Source of the DNA: Planctomycetota bacterium
Lineage (GTDB): Bacteria > Planctomycetota > PLA2 > JAEUHO01
Length of the DNA: 40,371 bases
Direction: 5' to 3'
Assembly: GCA_965223505.1 (NCBI GenBank)
Contig: CBDCWP010000020.1
Span: forward strand, 1 to 40,371
Under the pieces are notes generated by a model. The model searched no databases, had not been told where the DNA came from, and saw only the letters and a program-made list of their open reading frames with translations. The position numbers and the translations under genes are program-made. Shown here piece after piece: positions 25,702 through 34,622 of this stretch. The stretch's first letter is position 1; every line of letters begins with the position of its first letter.

Positions 25702-25911
25702 TCACGACCCCTCGGCGCCGCCGCACGACGCTGCGCCGCCGTCGTCTTCCGGCGCGGGCGCCGGCTCTTCGTCGGGACTCGCGTCACCGCCGCCGTCCGT
25801 CGGCGTGGCGCCGCCCGAGGGCTCCGTGGGCTCTTCGTCCGAGCACGCCGTGCCCGCAACGCAGATCGCCAAGATCGCGAACGAGCAGGCCAGGTATCGA
25901 ATCGTCTTCAT
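25702..25911 (-). CDS. Small acidic lipoprotein (69 aa)
   Basis: GGGGAG RBS; MKTIRYLACSFAILAICVAGTA|C lipoprotein signal; low-complexity acidic tail. Confidence 0.65.
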   Translation of the reverse strand: MKTIRYLACSFAILAICVAGTACSDEEPTEPSGGATPTDGGGDASPDEEPAPAPEDDGGAASCGGAEGS

Positions 25912-25921
25912 GGGGTCTCCC

Positions 25922-27524
25922 CTAGCGCTTGACGAACTTGCCGTCACCGATCTTCGCGAACTCCTGCAGGAACGCGACATCCGTGTCCTCGCCGATCCCG
26001 ATCACATGGATCCGCAAGTTGGCTGTCTCGTTCCATTCTCGCACGATCTCGAGGATCTTCCGCCCGTCTTGCACCTTCCCGAAGGTCGGCTTGCCGTCCG
26101 TCAAGAAGAAGATGGTGTCCAGCTCCACCGCGCCGGTGACGCGGGTCGCGGCACGGAAGCCGCGCTCGAGCGCGTCGTGGATGTTCGTCAACCCCACCGG
26201 CTGCATGTCGGTGACCCAGCGCTTCAGCTGGTTCTGCGTCGTCGCGCTCACCTTGACGACGTCCTTCTGCCACGGGATGACCTCGTGGTTGAACAGGATC
26301 ACGTTGAAGTGGTCGCCCGCGTTGAGGTTGAACACGGCGCCCAGGAGCTCCTTGCGCACCGCCACCATCTTGCTGCTACCTGCCTGCGATCTGTCCGCGC
26401 GGCCCCTCGAGCGCCCAGCGCATCGACGCCGAGATGTCGACGATGAACAGCACCCGATCACTGAAGGTGTGAATGCCGTAGAACGTGACGCCCTCGCGCT
26501 CGTCCAGAGGGATGCCGGGGGGCATCGGACTCTTGGGCATCTGAAACGCGGGCCCCGCTTCTCGAAACCACTCGTTCCAGGGCTCGTAGTACGGCCCGAT
26601 CCGCTCCTGGCCGGTCAAGGACAGCAGGGCGACGTGCGCGTCCTCGCGCAGACGCCTCAAGTCATGGCGCTTCAAGAAGTCGATCAAGGGCCTGATGCCG
26701 CGCTTGTCGTGCATCTGCCGGATCGCGTAGATGGCGGCTGTGATCAGCGGCGCCTCCGCCATGTCGAGATCGAGCATCTCGATCGCCTTGCGGAGCATCT
26801 CGCCGTCGTCGCGTTCTGCCAACGCGCCGATGACGGCCACGCGGGTCGCCATGGGTGCTTGCGCGTCGTCCACCACGATGTGCAACGCGTCCGTGATCGG
26901 CCGGCGATTCACCTCACGCACCGCGTCGAGCCAGTACTGCGCGCCGTTGGGCTTCCTCTTCGGATCGGCGTGCAGCCACAGCGTGTCCAGGTCGATCAAG
27001 GCGGTCTCGAGGACGTCGTCGGGCAGCTTCCGGAGGACCCGCGCCATCACGTTGCAGCCGCGTTGGATCAATCCGCGCGTCCGCGTCCACTCGTTCTCGA
27101 GTGCTTCGATGCCGGACCTGGCTTCGTCCTGAGCCTTCGCGATCTTGCGCGCCTTCTTGTTGTAGGACGCCATCGCCTCGCTGCCCTTGTCACTCTTGTC
27201 GAAGTCGGTCTGCAAGCGCGCGAGCTTGTTTTGCAGCGCCACCATCTCCGCGTGGCTCGCCTCCTGCGTCTCGCCGATCCTCTCCAGCTCCCCGTAGGTC
27301 AGATCGACGCCGTAGATGATCTCTGCGACGACGTGCGGGTTCCGACTGTCCTTCAACAGGTCGAACGCGCCGCTTCGGACCTTCGGGTCCTTGCTCTTGA
27401 GCGCCTTGCGAAACGCCTTCTTCAGCGCCGTGAACGGCTGGGGCGTGTCGGCGTGCGCGCCCGCGACCGGCAGGAGCGCTAGGCAGATCGCCGCACCGAC
27501 GGCAACGAGACGGGGAGCGCGCAT
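25922..27524 (-). CDS. Exported HEAT/coiled-coil plus VWA domain protein (apparent 1-nt insertion near 26403-26406)
   Basis: Signal peptide, TFYGI and MIDAS DISAS. After the frame change: FNVILFN, GLTNIHDAL, FFLTDGKPT and IHVIGIG. Confidence 0.82.
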
Positions 27525-27529
27525 GAAGA

Positions 27530-28627
27530 CTACTCCTGGATCTCGTCTTCGCTCGTCTTGGCGTCGGGAGGCACCGTCAGCGGGCGTGTGAGGCTCTTCT
27601 TCGCGCCCACGGCCCTCAAGAACCGGTCGCGCAAGGCCTCGTAGAACTCGTCCGGCCTCTCCGCCATGTCCCCCATCGGAAGCTGCGCCGCGGCGAAGGT
27701 GTCGTGACCGCCACCGTGTCCGTCGCTGATCTCGTGCGCGATGCTGCCGGCCTTCACGTCCTTGCCCTTCATCGCGCGCAAGGAACAGTTCATCACGGGC
27801 CCCGTCTGGCCGGCGACCATCACCCACTTGATGCCTTCCAAACGGAAGAGCAGGTCGGCGATCTCCGCCACCATGTCGCTGTGATCGACCTCGCCGAGGT
27901 GCGTGCACACCGTGTCGTCCGTGATGCGCGCGCGCCGCAAGCCGCGCTCCAGCACGACGAAGTAGTCTTGCCGGACGCGCGCGCGTTCGATCCGCGACAG
28001 CACGCGCTTGTCCGCCGCTGCGTACATCTCGCGGTAGATCGTCTCGTCGAGCGGGTTGTCCGTTCGGGCCAGGTCCATCGTGTCGGTGCGAATGCCGTAC
28101 GTCAGCGCGGTCGCGACGTCCGACGGCGCGAGGATGCCGTTCTCCACGAACAACGCTCCCACCATCGTGCTCGTGCTGCCGAAGGCCGGGTCGTAGTACG
28201 GGAACTCCACGCCTTCGAGCTCCTGCATCGACGGGTGGTGGTCCACGACGACGTGCGGCACGACGCCGTCCGGCAAGCGGCACGTTCCGGCGCCCGGATG
28301 GGTGTCGACGACCATCACGAGGTCGTGCTCGCCGTAGTCGATCTTGAAGCTCGGAATGATGCCGATCTTCAGATGGCGCAGCATGGCGCGGTTCTCGACG
28401 CGTCCGACGCGGCCCGTGTACGCCAGGATCGAGTCGACGCCGAGCAGACGCCGCAGCAGGTACCGCAGGCCGCAGCCGCTTGCCAGCGCATCCGGATCCG
28501 GATTGTGCTGAAGATGGATCAGCGGCTTCTTGCGGCCGCGCGCGACCGCGATCAGACGGCGCAGGTGCACCACGCCGAGCGTCGACGGCGGGGCGCCGTT
28601 GGATCCGGTCTGCAGGCGCGTCAGCAT
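27530..28627 (-). CDS. DHH/DHHA1-family phosphoesterase
   Basis: HNPDPDA, VVDT, VDHH, GIRTDT and GGGH motifs. Confidence 0.9.
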   Translation of the reverse strand: MLTRLQTGSNGAPPSTLGVVHLRRLIAVARGRKKPLIHLQHNPDPDALASGCGLRYLLRRLLGVDSILAYTGRVGRVENRAMLRHLKIGIIPSFKIDYGEHDLVMVVDTHPGAGTCRLPDGVVPHVVVDHHPSMQELEGVEFPYYDPAFGSTSTMVGALFVENGILAPSDVATALTYGIRTDTMDLARTDNPLDETIYREMYAAADKRVLSRIERARVRQDYFVVLERGLRRARITDDTVCTHLGEVDHSDMVAEIADLLFRLEGIKWVMVAGQTGPVMNCSLRAMKGKDVKAGSIAHEISDGHGGGHDTFAAAQLPMGDMAERPDEFYEALRDRFLRAVGAKKSLTRPLTVPPDAKTSEDEIQE

Positions 28628-28668
28628 CGGGACAGTCTACGCCGCCGGGACTGGTTCGGGGGCCGCCG

Positions 28669-30174
28669 CTACGACCCCTTCCAGGACTGAAGGAACCGGG
28701 CCAGGACGCGGACGCCGAAGCCCGTGGCGCCCTTCGTGAAGCGGCCGTCGTTGCGGTCCGTCCACGCCATGCCGGCGATGTCCAGGTGCGCCCAGGGTCG
28801 GTCCCCCGTGAACTTCTGCAGGAACGCGGCGGCCGTGAGCGTGCCGGCGCCGGGCGTGCCCAGATTGCTCACGTCGGCGTAGGGGCTGTCGAGCTGTCGC
28901 GTGTGCCCCTCGCCCAGCGGCATGCGCCAGAGCGCGTCCCCCGAGGTTGCGGAAGCCGACCGCAGTTCCTCCACCACGTGCTCGTGATTCGAGATCACCG
29001 CCGCGTGGTGGTTGCCGAGCGCTACGACGCAGGCGCCCGTCAACGTCGCCAGGTCGACGACGGCCTTCGGCTTGGGGCGCAGCTTCGACGACACGTAGGC
29101 AAGCGCATCGGCGAGGATCAGACGGCCCTCCGCGTCCGTGTTGCGCACCTCGATCGTCGTTCCGTTCATCGCGCGCAGGATGTCGCCCGGCTTGTACGCA
29201 GCGCCGTCCGGCATGTTCTCGACCGCGGGCACGACCCCCACCACGCGCGTCGAGATCTTCAGCGCCGCGATCGTCTGCATGGCGCCGATCACCGCGGCGC
29301 CGCCGCACATGTCGAACTTCATGTCCTCGAGCTTCGCAGCCGGCTTGATCGAGATGCCGCCGGTGTCGAACGTGATGCCCTTGCCGACGATCGCGACCGT
29401 CGGGGCGCGCTTGCCGCCGCGTCGCCTCGGCTCGTACGTCATGAGGATGAGCTTCGACGGCTCCGCGCTGCCCTTCCCGACGCCCAGCAGCGAGCCCATG
29501 CCCAGCGCTTCCATCTCGTCCTCTTCGAGGATCTTCAATGAGAGCGACGCATCGGCGTCGCAGACCCGCTTGGCGGTCTCCGCCAGAAACGTCGGCGTGC
29601 CCGTGTTGCCGGGCTCGTTGCCGAGGTCCCTGGCGAGGCATACGCCCTCACCGAGGATGCGTCCTTCTTCCGCGCCCTTCCGGCACGCGGCGTCGGCCGA
29701 ACCGTTGGTCAGCAGCGTCAGCGACGACACATTCTGCTTCGAGGGCTTCGACTTGAACGTCTCGTACCGGTACAGCCCGACCACGGCGCCTTCGACGAGC
29801 GCTTCCGCCATCTGAGAAGCCGCGCGGCCCGTCAGCTTCGCGGGCATCACGAGCGAGATGGAACCGGCCCCGGCGTCGCGCGCCGCACGCGCAGCGCTTG
29901 CCGACGCGCTGCGCACCTTCTCGAGGTCCTTGCCGTCCCCGATGCCGGCCAGGACGAGCCGCGGCAGGCGCGTGTCACGTCCGGCCAACAGGACCCGCGT
30001 CTGCTCGGCGCTTCCGTCGAACGCGTCGCCTTCGCGCAGGCTCGCGTACCCGCCGGAGAACGCGCTCCCGCACGAGCGCACGAAGCGCGCCGCGTTCTCC
30101 TTGGCGCGAACGAACAGGACGGCGGCATCGTCGCGCGCGCGCCCGAGCGGAGTCGTCTTCACGGCAGTCTGCAT
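28669..30174 (-). CDS. pepA: Leucyl aminopeptidase (M17)
   Basis: GKGITFDTGGISIK, KFDMCG, NTDAEGRL, ATLTGA and HLDIAG motifs. Confidence 0.95.
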   Translation of the reverse strand: MQTAVKTTPLGRARDDAAVLFVRAKENAARFVRSCGSAFSGGYASLREGDAFDGSAEQTRVLLAGRDTRLPRLVLAGIGDGKDLEKVRSASASAARAARDAGAGSISLVMPAKLTGRAASQMAEALVEGAVVGLYRYETFKSKPSKQNVSSLTLLTNGSADAACRKGAEEGRILGEGVCLARDLGNEPGNTGTPTFLAETAKRVCDADASLSLKILEEDEMEALGMGSLLGVGKGSAEPSKLILMTYEPRRRGGKRAPTVAIVGKGITFDTGGISIKPAAKLEDMKFDMCGGAAVIGAMQTIAALKISTRVVGVVPAVENMPDGAAYKPGDILRAMNGTTIEVRNTDAEGRLILADALAYVSSKLRPKPKAVVDLATLTGACVVALGNHHAAVISNHEHVVEELRSASATSGDALWRMPLGEGHTRQLDSPYADVSNLGTPGAGTLTAAAFLQKFTGDRPWAHLDIAGMAWTDRNDGRFTKGATGFGVRVLARFLQSWKGS

Positions 30175-30204
30175 GGCTCTCCCTCTCGCCGGCCGAGCAG
30201 AGGG

Positions 30205-30522
30205 CTAGCCCTGCTTCTCGTATCCGAGCTCCTTCAAGATCCCGAGGACCTCGCTCCACGTGGGGAATGCGCGACCACTGCTCTCCTTGAAGCGGTTGAT
30301 CGCGTTGATGAACTCGAGCTCGTCCTGTTCGAGCTCATACTGATTCGGGCCGCGCCGCGTGCGACGTTGACCCGCGCGGCGGTCTGCCCCGGAGCGCCGC
30401 TCGACCGCGACGGGCTTCTCCTCCGTACGCCGCTGACCCTTGCGACGCTCCACGGAACGGCGGTCCATCTCCGGCTTGCTCTGCGCCGGCTCCGCGCTCT
30501 GGTCGTCGAGGTCGTCGTTCAT
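30205..30522 (-). CDS. Small hypothetical protein with (D/E)RR repeats
   Basis: DRR/ERR/QRR repeats followed by EFINAINRFK..GRAFPTWSEVLGILKELGY. Confidence 0.75.
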   Translation of the reverse strand: MNDDLDDQSAEPAQSKPEMDRRSVERRKGQRRTEEKPVAVERRSGADRRAGQRRTRRGPNQYELEQDELEFINAINRFKESSGRAFPTWSEVLGILKELGYEKQG

Positions 30523-30580
30523 GAGGGGCGCAGCCTACGCCTGGGCCGCGCCGGGGCCAACCTCTGAGGCCATCGTCCGG

Positions 30581-32581
30581 CTACTGGAGTACGACTTCCA
30601 GGTCCCACACCGCGCCGCTCTCGATCTCGTGGGCCTTCTCGAACTTGAGCCCCTTGTCGGTCTTCCCACGCACCGTGACGGGGCCGGGAGTGACGGGAAC
30701 GAGCTGTCCGGTCAGGTAGAGCGGGATCCACTTGCCGTCGCCCGCTCGCATCTCCAACGTGATTTGTCCCTCGGGGGTGCGGCGACGATCGTCGAGGATC
30801 GAGAGGATCCGGATGTAAGCGTGCGACGCCATCTCGACCCGATCCAGCTTGACGGTCTCGCCCTCACCGACGTCGAACGGCTTCGTCGTCACCTTGACGA
30901 GTCCTTGGCCCTCGAACTCGGCGGTATAGCGCCCGGGCTTCACGGCAAAGGCCTCGATGGCGCCGCCGCGCGACGTGAACGTGCCCATGCGCCGACTGCG
31001 GTCGCCTGTGAGCTGAACGAGGCGCATGGTCACGGGATCGACGATGCGACCGCGCGTGTCGGTCACGTCGACCTGAATGGCGCCCGTGCCGCCGAGCGCA
31101 AGCGTCACGTCCGTCTTCTCGAGCGGTCTCACGACGACGGTTCGCGTCTCCGAAACGCGATCGCCGTACTCGACCCAGAGCTCGTACTCGCCCGGCCGAA
31201 TCTTCGGGAGGTTCATCACGCCGCCGTCGGTTCCGAGCTGCTTCCGCTCGCGCTTCATGCGGCTCAACGTGCGCGACCCCTCGTTGTTCTTCGTGGGCTC
31301 GAGGTTCACGTAGATGCGCCCCCCCGGAGGGCGGGCGTCCATGCCCGTGAACACGGCGGCGATGCTGCCCAGCCGCGGGATGTGGAACTCCAGCTCCTTC
31401 TCGCCGGGCATCGCCCCGTCAGGCACGAACTCGCGGCCGAACGACGGGTGGCTCAGCTCGATTGCCTGGCGTCCGAGGGAGAGTCCCGCAATGCGAAATG
31501 CGCCGTTCGCGTCGGTCTTCACGGAGCGCGTCTTGAAGTCGTACCACCAGTGCCGCTTGTACTTCACGATGTTGGAGGCGGACACCACGACCTCCGGTAC
31601 GCCTTCGCCGGTGGTCTCGTCGACGACGCGCCCCGCGATCTCGCCGCCGCGTAGCAGCTTGAACGTGCGGTGGACGGTTTCGCCCGGATGCACGACCGTG
31701 CGCTTTGCGCGCTGGGTCCCGTCGAGCGTGTCGTGGTCGGACCACTTGTAGTCGTCGTGCGTGATGACGAACTCGAGCTGCACCGAATCCCCCAGGGGGC
31801 CGATCTCGAAATGGCCGTTGGCGTCGGACATGAACCGCAGCGCCTCGGTGCCCCGATAGGGAATGCCCCAGATCGCTTCGCCGAGATGCTTCGCGAGCAG
31901 ATGGCCGAGGACGGCGATCTCGCTGCGGTCGACCTTCTTGCCCTTGCGACCGCGGTTCATGCCGCCGCCGCCCGGGTCGTACTCCGGTGCGAGCGCGGTG
32001 ATCTGTTGCAGGTACAGGTCCACGCGGGCGTGCGGGACGGGACGGTCGGTCTCGGCGTCGACGATGCGGCCGATCACCTTGCCCGCGGGCTTGAGCACGA
32101 TGCGCTTGTCCTCGCCGGGACCCTTGACCGGCACGACATTGAGGAAGTAGTTCGCATGCCAGGCGAGTACGTGGGTGACGAGGTCGCGCGGCGAAGCGGC
32201 GATCTTGAACCAGCCGGCGGCGTCGGTGCGCGCCTCGCCGGCGATGCGGAAGTCCCCGATGACCGGGATCGGCGCAGCGGGATCGAACTGCTGCAGGTTC
32301 TTCTGCGCCCTCGCGAACATCTCCTTCGTTCCCGCGTTGTACGACACCAGCCGCACCGGCGCGTCGGCGACGGGGGTGCCCTGCTCGTTCACGACGAAGC
32401 CGGCGTAGACGCCGCCCTTGGGTGTGTCCGGGCTGGTGAGCGCATCGGCGCGGCGCGCGTTGGTGTCGAGCACGTCCGGGACGAAGTCCTCGACCTCGGG
32501 CGGCGCCGGATCCACCAGCAGCGCTACGATGCCGATGCTGATGGCGATGAGCGCGATCGCGGGTACGGCGTAGCGGCGCAT
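30581..32581 (-). CDS. Exported protein with repeated carboxypeptidase-regulatory-like beta-sandwich domains
   Basis: GGAGAG RBS and N-terminal anchor. Repeats G.VV...G.PV..A.V and TDA.G.F.I (TDAAGWFKI, SDANGHFEI, TDANGAFRI). Confidence 0.8.
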   Translation of the reverse strand: MRRYAVPAIALIAISIGIVALLVDPAPPEVEDFVPDVLDTNARRADALTSPDTPKGGVYAGFVVNEQGTPVADAPVRLVSYNAGTKEMFARAQKNLQQFDPAAPIPVIGDFRIAGEARTDAAGWFKIAASPRDLVTHVLAWHANYFLNVVPVKGPGEDKRIVLKPAGKVIGRIVDAETDRPVPHARVDLYLQQITALAPEYDPGGGGMNRGRKGKKVDRSEIAVLGHLLAKHLGEAIWGIPYRGTEALRFMSDANGHFEIGPLGDSVQLEFVITHDDYKWSDHDTLDGTQRAKRTVVHPGETVHRTFKLLRGGEIAGRVVDETTGEGVPEVVVSASNIVKYKRHWWYDFKTRSVKTDANGAFRIAGLSLGRQAIELSHPSFGREFVPDGAMPGEKELEFHIPRLGSIAAVFTGMDARPPGGRIYVNLEPTKNNEGSRTLSRMKRERKQLGTDGGVMNLPKIRPGEYELWVEYGDRVSETRTVVVRPLEKTDVTLALGGTGAIQVDVTDTRGRIVDPVTMRLVQLTGDRSRRMGTFTSRGGAIEAFAVKPGRYTAEFEGQGLVKVTTKPFDVGEGETVKLDRVEMASHAYIRILSILDDRRRTPEGQITLEMRAGDGKWIPLYLTGQLVPVTPGPVTVRGKTDKGLKFEKAHEIESGAVWDLEVVLQ

Positions 32582-32663
32582 CCTAGCTCTCCAATTGTGC
32601 GCCCGTAGCGTGACCCCACTCACCATACGAACGCCGTGGCCGGATGTTGGAATTCGCCAATCG

Positions 32664-33074
32664 CTAGATCCTGCCCGCGAGCTCCGAAACGTCGAACGCG
32701 GAGGACTCCTGGCCGTCGATGCGCTTCGAGTCTTCGTCCTCGTGGTGGGTGGAGAACTCGATGATCTCGGAGTCTTCGAGGCCCCAGAACCGGTGCTCGA
32801 CGCCGGGCGGCACGTGCTGGTGGTCGCCGGGCTCCATGACACAGGACTTGTCGCCCACCTCGAGGAACACCCGTCCGGAGATCAGGTAGAAGACCTCGTC
32901 CTTGACGGGATGGAAGTGCAGCGAGCAGCGGTAGCCCTTGCGCAGGACCAGCTTCTTGCCGCAGTAGTCGCGATTGACGATCCAGTGCTCCTCGCCCCAC
33001 ACCTTGGGCACCTTGTGCGTGGGAGTTTGGACGAGCGATTCCGACGAGGTCGATTCGGGGGTCATGGCGGTCAT
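32664..33074 (-). CDS. Cupin-domain protein (mannose-6-phosphate-isomerase-like)
   Basis: VPKVWGEE, SLHFHPVKDEVFY and HVPPGVEHRF. Start is 33074 or 33065. Confidence 0.85.
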   Translation of the reverse strand: MTAMTPESTSSESLVQTPTHKVPKVWGEEHWIVNRDYCGKKLVLRKGYRCSLHFHPVKDEVFYLISGRVFLEVGDKSCVMEPGDHQHVPPGVEHRFWGLEDSEIIEFSTHHEDEDSKRIDGQESSAFDVSELAGRI

Positions 33075-33125
33075 TGTCCCGGGCGAGACGGGTGGGGCAA
33101 GGAACAGGCCCTCCGCGGGTTGCAT

Positions 33126-33150
33126 GTAGGGGCAGCCCTCGTGGTTGCCC
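33126..33150 (+). repeat. GTAG-type REP-like palindrome
   Basis: GTAG followed by GGGCAGCC-ctcgt-GGTTGCCC (8-bp stem with one G-T pair). Confidence 0.55.
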
Positions 33151-33193
33151 AACGCCTGATCGGGCGGCCACGCGGGCCTGCGGCCACTTGGCC

Positions 33194-33399
33194 GGCCGCG
33201 GTTTCGCGCCAGCGGACCTAGGCCGAGCGGGCCGTCCGCACGAGGCCTGGAAGTGGGGGGTAGGGCGAGAGCTTGGAGCATCCAAGTCGAGCCCGAAAGG
33301 GGGCATCTGCCCCCTTTCAAACAAGAGATGGCGAGAGCGGCGACGGTGAGGCCGCGGTTCGCGCCAGCGGACCTAGGCCGAGCGCGCCGTCCGCACGAG
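33194..33399. repeat. 50-bp direct repeat duplicating the ddl 3' end, enclosing two hairpins
   Basis: 33194-33244 and 33350-33399 differ by one indel and one substitution. Perfect 11-bp inverted repeat GAAAGGGGGCA-tc-TGCCCCCTTTC at 33295-33318. Confidence 0.9.
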
Positions 33400-34509
33400 T
33401 CCATCGATCAGTGTCGAGAAGTCGATCCCCTCGGCTCTTGCGGCCTGCGGCACCAGGCCGCGATCCGTCATGCCGGGCATCGTGTTGACCTCGAGCACGT
33501 ACAGGGTGCCGTCCGCGGCCATGCGGATGTCGGTGCGCGACACGCCTCGCAGACCCAGCAGCTCGTGCACGCGCAAGCCGAGTGCGCGCGCGGCCGATTC
33601 GACCTCCGGATCGATCGGCGCCGGCACCAGCTCCGTCGCGCCGTCGGCGTTGTACTTCTCGAAGTAGTCGAAGAACGCGGCGCTCTTCATCCGGATCTCG
33701 ACGATCGGCAGCGCGTGCGCCTCCCCCTCGCGATCCTCGAGCACGCCGGCGGTCAGCTCTCGTCCCGGGACGAACGCCTCGACGAGAATGCGCTCCGCCG
33801 GCGGCGCGAGCTCGTCGAGCATCACCGTGATCTCGCCTGCGTCCTTCGCGATGCGCACGTCGACGCTGGAGCCGCCGCACGGGTTCTTGAGCACCAGCGG
33901 CAAGCCGAATTCGTCGATCCACTCGTCGATCAACATGGCGCGGCGCCGCGTGAGGTCCTTGGCTCGAACGACGCGAAACGCCGGCGTCGGGATGCCGTGG
34001 AACCCGAGAATCTCCTTGGTGCGCACTTTGTCGAAGGCGATGGCACTCGCACGATGCCCGCTGCCGACGTACGGGATACCGGCCGCGTTCAAGCACGCCT
34101 GCAGCACCCCGTCCTCGCCGAAGGCGCCGTGCAGGATCGGCAGCACGACGTCCGTGCCGCGGTTGCGCAGCTTGAGCAGGGCCTCGCACGGATCCGGTAG
34201 CTCCGTCCAGGCGTCCGAGTCGTGCGGGTCGAAGCCCTTGGGCGCGATCGTCGCCTCCGGGTCGTCCGGGCGGTCCGCCGACCGCGACACGGCGCTGACG
34301 GCCGCGGTCAGCTTGCGGCCTTCGGGAATGCGCCAGTGCCCTTCGCGCGTGATGACGACCGGGCGCACCTCGTAGACGTTGGCGTCGAGCGCGTCGACCA
34401 CCCGCCGGCCGCCCTCGAGCGAGACCTCGTGCTCGTTGCTCGGCCCCCCCATCAGCACGGCGACCCGCAGCCGCTCGCCGGAAAGCCGCTTTTGCCCCCG
34501 TCCGACCAT
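33373..34509 (-). CDS. ddl: D-alanine--D-alanine ligase
   Basis: VLMGGPSNEHEVSL, LHGAFGEDG, GSS, GRELT, FFDYFEKY, RTDIR and EVNTMPGMT motifs. Confidence 0.95.
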   Translation of the reverse strand: MVGRGQKRLSGERLRVAVLMGGPSNEHEVSLEGGRRVVDALDANVYEVRPVVITREGHWRIPEGRKLTAAVSAVSRSADRPDDPEATIAPKGFDPHDSDAWTELPDPCEALLKLRNRGTDVVLPILHGAFGEDGVLQACLNAAGIPYVGSGHRASAIAFDKVRTKEILGFHGIPTPAFRVVRAKDLTRRRAMLIDEWIDEFGLPLVLKNPCGGSSVDVRIAKDAGEITVMLDELAPPAERILVEAFVPGRELTAGVLEDREGEAHALPIVEIRMKSAAFFDYFEKYNADGATELVPAPIDPEVESAARALGLRVHELLGLRGVSRTDIRMAADGTLYVLEVNTMPGMTDRGLVPQAARAEGIDFSTLIDGLVRTARSA

Positions 34510-34622
34510 CCCAAGCTCCCGTCCTACCTACCGACGACACCCATCATATGGCGTTCGTACGAGAATACGACAACGAGATGTGGTAGGCAGCCGTGAAGCC
34601 GGCGCCGTCGCGAGACGGGTGC

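Noticed and set aside
33295..33318. Rho-independent terminator for ddl
   Set aside because: Strong stem but no U-tract after it on the - strand; kept only as a palindrome.
34510..34622. Riboswitch or ncRNA upstream of ddl
   Set aside because: Only short pairings (CCTACC/GGTAGG, CCGTC/GACGG) and a possible TATGAT -10; no recognisable family motif.
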